Origin: an uncultured delta proteobacterium
Lineage (GTDB): Bacteria; Desulfobacterota; Desulfobaccia; Desulfobaccales; 0-14-0-80-60-11
DNA: 64,000 nt
Assembly (NCBI GenBank): GCA_963834795.1
Contig: CAWIDL010000032.1
Location: forward strand, 98,979 to 162,978
Direction of reading: 5' to 3'
In this document: in pieces, positions 55,495-64,000 of the stretch
Layout of the letters: each line of letters starts with the position of its first letter
Position numbering within the stretch: position 1 is the first letter of the stretch
Program-made: the position numbers and the translations under genes
Notes under the pieces: generated by a model
The model's input: the letters and a program-made list of their open reading frames with translations, nothing else
Database searches by the model: none
What the model was told of the DNA's origin: nothing

Positions 55495-55986
55495 ATGAAT
55501 CCAAAGGCTGAAATTCGGAAGGCTCACGTTAAGGAAGTCCCGGAAATTTACCGTTTATTGGTGAATTTTTCCAAGAAAGCAGAATCGGACATACTGCCGA
55601 GAAAAATGGCGGATCTTTACAACCATGTGCGGGATTTTTTTGTTTATCGAAGGGATCAGGGACATATCCGTGGCATCGCCGCCCTGCGCATTTTTTGGGA
55701 AGATCTCGGTGAAATTTGCTCTTTGGGGGTCTTGCCAGATTTACGCAAGAAAGGTATTGGCTCCCTATTGATGGAAAAGTGTCTAGAAGAAGCTCGCTAT
55801 CTAGGACTAAAAAGTGTCTTCGTCCTCACATCCACCCAAAATGCCAGTTTTTTTAAACGGTTTGGTTTTAAGGAAGTAAGCAAAGATGATCTTCCAAAAA
55901 TCATCTGGCGTGATTGCGGAGATTGTCTTAAATATCCCGACTGCGACGAAATTCCTATGCTCCTGGAACTGGAAAATTTGAAATAA
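55495..55986 (+). CDS. GNAT-family N-acetyltransferase (short ArgA-like type)
   Basis: Acetyl-CoA motif LGVLPDLRKKGIGSLLMEKCLEEA. GC content is lower than in neighbouring genes. Confidence 0.75.
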   Translation: MNPKAEIRKAHVKEVPEIYRLLVNFSKKAESDILPRKMADLYNHVRDFFVYRRDQGHIRGIAALRIFWEDLGEICSLGVLPDLRKKGIGSLLMEKCLEEARYLGLKSVFVLTSTQNASFFKRFGFKEVSKDDLPKIIWRDCGDCLKYPDCDEIPMLLELENLK

Positions 55987-56072
55987 CCTAACTGCATGCT
56001 TTGCGTCTTGGTGAGAGATATAATTATTTACGCCAGGGCGCCAAGGGGCCGGGATAAAATCCTACCTGACAT

Positions 56073-58574
<2,502 letters not shown>

Positions 58575-58580
58575 GGTCTT

Positions 58581-58676
58581 GGGGAAGGGGGCCAGGGGCC
58601 AAAGGCCCCTGCCCCCTCCCCCAAACCCCCTCCCCCAACCCTCATAAGTAGGGGCGACCCGCTGGGTCGCCCCCTA
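58581..58676. repeat. G/C-tract repeat, family 6 (ggggagggg / gtaggggcgacccgctgggtcgcccc)
   Basis: An inverted, interrupted copy lies at 60066-60220. Fragments lie at 35770-35860. Confidence 0.65.
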
Positions 58677-58796
58677 ATCGCACTACGAACCGGGGCGGGA
58701 TTAAATAGCTTCAGCGGCGCCGGCGTCCCGCCGGTGTTTCTATTTTTTCTCTTGGTTCTCTGTTGCCCTGTGGTAAATTTTCCTGGGAGGTGAGCC

Positions 58797-59978
58797 GTGA
58801 TTATTCCAGGATTCCGCTTTGCCGCCACCGCCGCCGGTCTCAAGAAGACCGGCGCCCTGGACCTGGCCCTGATGGCCGCGGACGCCCCCGCCGCCGCGGC
58901 CGGGGTCTTCACCACCAACCTGGTCAAGGCGGCCCCGGTGCTCCTTAGCCGGGAGCGCTTGCGGGGGGGCAAGGCCCAGGCCATCCTGGTGAACGCCGGC
59001 AACGCCAACGCCTGCACCGGCCCCGCGGGGCTGGCGGACGCCCGGGAGAGCGCCAGGATTACCGCCGACTTGCTGCAGATCCCGGAACCCCTGGTGCTGC
59101 CCGCCTCCACCGGGGTTATCGGCCAACCGCTGCCGCTGGACAGGATCACCCGGGCCCTGCCCAGGCTGGTGGACCGACTTCACTCCCAGGGTTTCCCCGA
59201 AGTGGCCGAGGCCATCCTGACCACCGACACCCGCCCCAAGACCGCCCTGCTGCGTGAGGAGATCGATGGCCGCCAGGTGACCCTGGCCGGTATGGCCAAA
59301 GGGGCCGGCATGATCCATCCGGATATGGCCACCCTGCTGGTCTTCCTGTTTACCGATGCGGCCATTCTCCCTAAAATCCTCAGCAAAATACTGCGCCGGG
59401 CCCTGCCCCTCAGTTTCAACCGCATCAGCGTGGATGGCGACACCTCCACCAATGACACCGTACTCTTGCTGGCCAGCGGCCGGGCCGGGAATCCCCCGGT
59501 CCGGGAGGAAGGGCCTGCCATGGCCACCCTGGGAGAGATGCTCAACCAGGTGATGGGGGATCTGGCCTCCCAGGTGGTGGCCGACGGCGAAGGAGCCCGG
59601 CACCTTTACCGGGTGGAGGTGCGGGGGGCGGCCACCGCGGCTGAGGCCCTGAAGGCGGCCCGCGCCGTGGCCCTCTCCTCCCTGGTGAAGACCGCCATGG
59701 CCGGGGCGGACGTCAATTGGGGGCGCGTCATGGCGGCCCTGGGCCGCTCCGGGGCCCGCTTCGAACCCTACCAGGTGGAGATTTCCTACGGCGACTCCCT
59801 GGTGGTGCAAAAAGGACAGGGGTTGGGGCCGGAGGCGGAAGCCCGGGCCCAAAAGATCATCCGCAGCGGGGCCTTCAACCTGACCATCCACCTGCACCAT
59901 GGGACCTTTTCCGACTACTACGACACCTGCGACCTCAACGAGGACTACATACGGATTAATGCCAGTTACCGGAGTTGA
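58797..59978 (+). CDS. argJ: bifunctional glutamate N-acetyltransferase / amino-acid acetyltransferase
   Basis: IPGFRFAATAAGLKK...VFTTNLVKAAPV...autocleavage site MATLLVFLFTDA. GTG start. Confidence 0.9.
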   Translation: MIIPGFRFAATAAGLKKTGALDLALMAADAPAAAAGVFTTNLVKAAPVLLSRERLRGGKAQAILVNAGNANACTGPAGLADARESARITADLLQIPEPLVLPASTGVIGQPLPLDRITRALPRLVDRLHSQGFPEVAEAILTTDTRPKTALLREEIDGRQVTLAGMAKGAGMIHPDMATLLVFLFTDAAILPKILSKILRRALPLSFNRISVDGDTSTNDTVLLLASGRAGNPPVREEGPAMATLGEMLNQVMGDLASQVVADGEGARHLYRVEVRGAATAAEALKAARAVALSSLVKTAMAGADVNWGRVMAALGRSGARFEPYQVEISYGDSLVVQKGQGLGPEAEARAQKIIRSGAFNLTIHLHHGTFSDYYDTCDLNEDYIRINASYRS

Positions 59979-60065
59979 TGATAGGTCAATTATAACGATA
60001 ACCAAATTTCGGAATTTGGAAGAAATATATAACTAGATTCTGCGGTTTCGGTTCTTCTGCCATTC

Positions 60066-60220
60066 GTAGGGGCGACCCAGCGGGTCGCCCCTACTTTTTG
60101 GTGGCGCCGGCTGGCAGCCGGTGCGGCACAGGCGGGACGCCTGTGCCACCCTTCCCCTTATACGGGTTGGGAGGGGGGTATGGGGGGAGGGCAGGGATGA
60201 AATCCCTGGCCCTCCCCCCA
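60066..60220. repeat. family 6 repeat, inverted relative to 58581-58676, with an inserted segment
   Basis: gtaggggcgacccagcgggtcgcccctac...[ggcgccggctggcagccggtgcggcacaggcgggacgcctgtgcc]...gggttgggaggggggtatggggggagggcaggg. Confidence 0.65.
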
Positions 60221-60360
60221 TAATCTTTCATCCTTCCCCTAACCCCTCCCCCCAAAGGAAAAGGCGATAATGCCCTACCCTCCCGCCGCTTTAATTCTTA
60301 ATCTGCTTCCGAGTCACTGATTAAACGTGCGGCAAATGCGCTCCCTGGTCATTCCCCTTC

Positions 60361-60876
60361 TCAGGTCAGCTTGCCTAGCGCCTGCAAGACCTCGTCATAG
60401 TTCGGCTCATTGGACAGCTCTTTGACGAGCTGGACGTAACGCACCACTCCCCCCTTGTCCACCAGAAACACGGCCCGGGCCAGGAGGCGCAATTCCTTGA
60501 TTAACACCCCGTAAGCCGTGCCGAAAGCCGCGTCTCTGTGGTCCGAGTAGGTCTTGACCCGGTCCACACCCGCCGCGCCGCACCAGCGTTTCTGGGCGAA
60601 GGGCAGGTCCATGCTGATGGTCAGGATTTCCACGTCAGGCCCCAGCCTGGCGGCCTCCTCATTGAACCACCGGGTTTCGATATTGCAGGTGGGGGTGTCC
60701 AGGGAGGGCACCGCGCAGATAATGGCCACTTTGTCCTTGAGCGAAGAAAACCGGAAAAGGCTCAAGTCGTTGGCGATAACCTCAAAATCCGGGGCCTTCT
60801 CCCCCACCTGCACTTCCCGGCCCACCAGGGTCAGGGGATTGCCCTTCATGGTGATTGCTCCGGGGCGTTCTGCCAT
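60361..60876 (-). CDS. tpx: thiol peroxidase (atypical 2-Cys peroxiredoxin)
   Basis: GEKAPDFEV...AVPSLDTPTCNIETRWF...PFAQKRWCGAAG. Confidence 0.9.
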   Translation of the reverse strand: MAERPGAITMKGNPLTLVGREVQVGEKAPDFEVIANDLSLFRFSSLKDKVAIICAVPSLDTPTCNIETRWFNEEAARLGPDVEILTISMDLPFAQKRWCGAAGVDRVKTYSDHRDAAFGTAYGVLIKELRLLARAVFLVDKGGVVRYVQLVKELSNEPNYDEVLQALGKLT

Positions 60877-61036
60877 GTTGCTATCCTCCTTTACTTAAAT
60901 ATCGCGAGGCTTTAATTTCAATCCCTTCGGCAGAGTGCTGAATAGAATCTCCTGGAAATCTGCCTGAGGGAATTAGATCAGGATGACCATTATGGTATCG
61001 ATTATTATTAACGGGAGCATGAAAGGGGTTCCAGCT

Positions 61037-61378
61037 TTATCCCCTCTCCCCCGATGGGGGACGACACCGGGTGAGGGGGAATTTAATCTCTTTTCTGCTC
61101 CCATTAATAGCAAGGGTTTGGCAATATCCGGGGATATTCATTTTAATAAATTCACCCACTATACTGCTGAAATTGGCAGGCATTAAGATTGATTCTAAGC
61201 GGGAAATCTGCCTCGTATTTAGTTGTTCGTTGACGAATCCCAAGAACCCCAAAAAATCGTTCATTGCCAGCATTATATGCCCGTTTTGCAACCCGTAGGG
61301 CAATTCTACCATAGGGTTGAAACCTTCGGGATTAATGGGTGTCGGACTACATGCAGATAGTTCTAGATCTTCATTCAT
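61037..61378 (-). pseudogene. AT-rich gene fragment truncated by a MITE (unknown family)
   Basis: The native part is about 61110-61378 (MNEDLELSAC...FVNEQLNTRQISRLESILMPANFSSIVGEFIKMNIPGY). The last approximately 24 codons (INGSRKEIKFPLTRCRPPSGERG) are read from the family 2 MITE. Confidence 0.45.
61040..61109. repeat. MITE-like repeat, family 2 copy
   Basis: cccctctcccccgatgggggacgacaccgggtgagggggaatttaatctcttttctgctcccattaat. Confidence 0.7.
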
Positions 61379-61417
61379 TTTATCCTTCCCATTAATCCCG
61401 ATTCATTAACGGATAAA

Positions 61418-62293
61418 TCAAATCACCTTATGCAGCGGATACTCCACAATCCCCTGGGCCCCGGCCCGGATCAGATGGGGGATGAGGCTCCTGACCTCGG
61501 AGGAGTTCACCACCACCTCCACCGAATACCAATCGGTTTCATAGAGGCTGGCGATGGTAGGGGCCAGCAGGCTGGGGAGCAGCTCCACGATGTTCTTCAA
61601 TTGCTTTTCCGGGATGTTCATCTTCAGGCCCACCATGCGTTCGGCCCGAAGCGCCCCCAGGAGCAGGACCGCCAGACCCTCCATCTTCTCCCGCTTGACC
61701 GGGTCTTTTTCCCACACCTGGTTGTTGGCGATGAACTGAGTATTGCTCTGGAACAGCTCGTGAATGATCTTGAGGCCGTGGGCCCTGATGGTGCTGCCGG
61801 TCTCGGTCACCTCCACGATGGCGTCCACCAGGCCGGCGGCCACCTTGGCCTCGGTGGCCCCCCAGGAAAACTCCACCTCGACCGGGATTTGGCGCTGCTC
61901 GAAATAGCGGCGGGTGTAATTCACCAGCTCGGTGGCCAGCTTCTTGCCCGCCAGGTCCCGCAGAGTCCTGATCTCCGAATCCGCCGGCACCGCCAGCACC
62001 CAGCGCACCGGGTTGAGGCTCGACCTGGAATACATCAGGTCCGCCACCACCGTCACCCCGGAGTCGTTCTCCATGATCCAATCTTTGCCGGTGATACCGC
62101 AGTCCAGGGTGCCGTTCTCCACGTAGCGGCTCATTTCCTGGGCCCGGCACATGGAGCAGCTGATCTCCGGGTCGTCGATGTCCGGGAAGTAGCTCCGGCC
62201 ATTCACCTGGATATGCCAGCCGGAACGGCGAAACAACTCCAGAGTGGCTTTCTCCAGGCTGCCCTTGGGGAGCCCCAGTCGCAGTTTAGCCAC
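61418..62293 (-). CDS. hisG: ATP phosphoribosyltransferase (long form)
   Basis: [18 protein letters not shown]...DCGITGKDW...and a C-terminal regulatory domain. The GTG at 62293 lies 9 nt after AAGGAGG and overlaps the hisI end. Confidence 0.9.
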   Translation of the reverse strand: MAKLRLGLPKGSLEKATLELFRRSGWHIQVNGRSYFPDIDDPEISCSMCRAQEMSRYVENGTLDCGITGKDWIMENDSGVTVVADLMYSRSSLNPVRWVLAVPADSEIRTLRDLAGKKLATELVNYTRRYFEQRQIPVEVEFSWGATEAKVAAGLVDAIVEVTETGSTIRAHGLKIIHELFQSNTQFIANNQVWEKDPVKREKMEGLAVLLLGALRAERMVGLKMNIPEKQLKNIVELLPSLLAPTIASLYETDWYSVEVVVNSSEVRSLIPHLIRAGAQGIVEYPLHKVI

Positions 62294-62675
62294 CTCGATA
62301 CACCTCCTTGGGATCAAAGATTGGCGAGCCCACCACTTCCCAGCCGGTCCCCAGGCGGCGGCGGTAAAAACAACTGCGGTAACCGGTGTGGCAGGCGGCG
62401 CCTCCCACCTGCTCCACTTTCAGGAGGACCGTATCGTTATCGCAATCCAGGTAGATCTCTTTGACCCGTTGCACGTGGCCGGAGGTGCCGCCCTTGTGCC
62501 AGAGCCGGTTGCGACTGCGGCTGAAATAATGGGCCTCACCGGTTTTCAAGGTCTCGACCCAGGCCGCTTCATTCATGAAGGCCAGCATCAGCACCTCGCC
62601 GCTGGCCGCGTCCTGGGCGATAGCGGGCACCAGGCCCCCCATTTTGGCGAAGTTGGGTATCTCCGTGCTTTTCAT
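62286..62675 (-). CDS. hisI: phosphoribosyl-AMP cyclohydrolase
   Basis: [21 protein letters not shown]...[18 protein letters not shown]...[27 protein letters not shown]. Confidence 0.9.
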   Translation of the reverse strand: MKSTEIPNFAKMGGLVPAIAQDAASGEVLMLAFMNEAAWVETLKTGEAHYFSRSRNRLWHKGGTSGHVQRVKEIYLDCDNDTVLLKVEQVGGAACHTGYRSCFYRRRLGTGWEVVGSPIFDPKEVYRGG

Positions 62676-62873
62676 ATTTGACGAAATTAACCTTTTTGCC
62701 TTGAATCTGCAAGGTTGGATGATAATTTTTCCAATAGTCGCTTATGAGCCCTGGGCTCACCCGTAAATCATGAAAATGTAGCGCCGCCGCCCCCGGCGGC
62801 GCGGGAACCGGCTACCAGAGGGTGGTATCCCACAAACTCAGGAACTTTTCCAGGCAGAGAAAGGCCCCCGCCG

Positions 62874-63245
62874 ATGAGCAAAGTCATCTCCTACAGCACC
62901 CTGGCCAGACAGCAACAGCTCAACTTTCTGAGGCACAAAGTCCGGGAATACCGCGAAAGGGATGATTATCTGCTGCGCCTGCGGAAACTCCTGTTCCAGG
63001 TGGAAGCGCAGATGCGCCAGGCCGAGATCCAACAACTGGAAGTCTTCCAGGAAATTGCCGCCCACTTCAAAATCCCTTTGCCTCTCCCCGACCTGGGAGA
63101 CCGCCTGGGAATGCAGCAGTTTTTCGCGGCCAACCCCTTCCTCCAGGCCTTGCAGGATTATTTCTACGGCCGCCTCAGCGCCGAGGACTGCCTTCAGAGG
63201 ATCGGCGCCCTCAAGACCAACGAGCCCAGCCCCGCGGTAGAATAA
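62874..63245 (+). CDS. hypothetical protein (123 aa, helical)
   Basis: The composition is protein-like, whereas the longer antisense ORF at 62838-63413 is G/A/P-rich. No motif was recognised. Confidence 0.45.
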   Translation: MSKVISYSTLARQQQLNFLRHKVREYRERDDYLLRLRKLLFQVEAQMRQAEIQQLEVFQEIAAHFKIPLPLPDLGDRLGMQQFFAANPFLQALQDYFYGRLSAEDCLQRIGALKTNEPSPAVE

Positions 63246-63823
63246 GTGCGGCCGCCGCATAGCAGATTGCCCCGTCGCAGAGGCGCTCTCCGAGCTGCCT
63301 CCCACCCTGGGCGGCCACCCCGCTCCGACCAAGATCTTAGGTGGCGCGCAAAAAACTGGCCGGAGGAAGGGTGGACCTCCGGCCAGCCTGCTTTGGCGAA
63401 AGGGATGAATCAATCAAGGAGGGGGGATAACCTCAATCGTTCACCTTTCATATACATTATATTGTTTATGCGCAAATAATGCCATATAAATATTGGTGGA
63501 ATTCCCCGCGGCAGTGGCGGCTTGCGCCAGAATTCCCCATCAGGCCCATGATCAGGATGACCGCAAGAGGAGGGCGTAAGCCGAGAGGCCGGCGCCGAAG
63601 GAGGCCATCATGATCCAGTCCCGGCGCCCAGGCCCTAATGTTAAATTGGCCCGGAAAAATCGAGCCGGGTCCGCACCTTAGCCGCTCGCCCGGAAAGACG
63701 TCAGGTTTGCAAAAGTAAAACATGAAAACAGTTATTTTTTCAGAAATATTGGCATACCTGCCTTTGAACCCAAATACCTCGGTGCTGACCTTACCCTGGC
63801 TCCGGTGCATTGACATAATTTCC

Positions 63824-63852
63824 TTGACAAAATGAACCTAAAAAAATAATAA
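63824..63852 (+). promoter_or_regulatory. candidate sigma70 promoter of the MucR-like gene
   Basis: TTGACA (63824-29), a 17-nt spacer, then TAATAA (63847-52). About 50 nt upstream of the ATG at 63902, with an AGGAGA RBS. Confidence 0.5.
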
Positions 63853-63901
63853 CATCCTTACATCGATTTATCCATTACGCCAAAGAGAAAGGAGAATTTC
63901 C

Positions 63902-64000
63902 ATGGCCACTGAAATTTTGAAATTAACGGCAGAGGTTGTCATTTCCCATGCATCTATGACCGAATTATCCACCCGGGAATTAGTCGAAGAAATTAAAGAG
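63902..64000 (+). CDS. MucR/Ros-family transcriptional regulator, N-terminal part (runs off the window)
   Basis: MATEILKLTAEVVISHASMTELSTRELVEEIKE matches the typical MucR N-terminus (LTA.IV..h.s.......l..lI). Confidence 0.6.
   Translation, partial: MATEILKLTAEVVISHASMTELSTRELVEEIKE

Noticed and set aside
63466-63816. 116-aa minus-strand ORF upstream of the MucR-like gene.
   Set aside because: It has odd composition and no start context, and it spans the shared 50-nt motif and the promoter-like region of the divergent gene. A short membrane-like frame (MMASFGAGLSAYALLL...) is interrupted by a stop.

Overview
GC-rich (about 60%) chromosomal segment, probably from a sulfate- or sulfite-reducing Thermodesulfobacteriota (deltaproteobacterial-type) organism; the lineage is inferred from dsrABDN plus gene content. 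Most of the window is housekeeping. In order: the tail of a Tad/Flp pilus locus with a REC-TadZ ATPase and a hybrid histidine kinase; pgsA-like, dtd, ispG, purB; an Mla-like lipid ABC system; several M16 peptidases; an ECF sigma/DUF3619/DUF3106 operon; pstSCAB with two pstB paralogs; rnr, pepP, rubredoxin, lepB; dsrA-dsrB-dsrD-dsrN-ferredoxin; slyD, secA, argJ, tpx, hisG-hisI; and a partial MucR-type regulator. Intergenic DNA is saturated with at least six families of MITE-like palindromic repeats. These include one nested insertion with a visible target duplication, one intact IS701-family IS inserted into a MITE, and several MITEs that abut or supply gene ends. The most interesting loci are listed here. 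(1) An orphan JAB(JAMM)+E1/ThiF pair (PRTRC-like, ubiquitin-like conjugation type) is split and bracketed by MITEs, with no Ubl, E2 or ParB partner in the window. (2) The two PstB paralogs have complementary motif degeneration, which predicts one consensus and one degenerate ATP site. (3) An in-frame PhoB'-'PhoR deletion fusion remnant lies next to a group II intron 3' fragment. (4) A 104-bp duplicated upstream region with an ECF-type promoter motif lies next to the ECF operon. No rRNA, tRNA or CRISPR array was found. All family calls come from motif reading by eye, not database searches.
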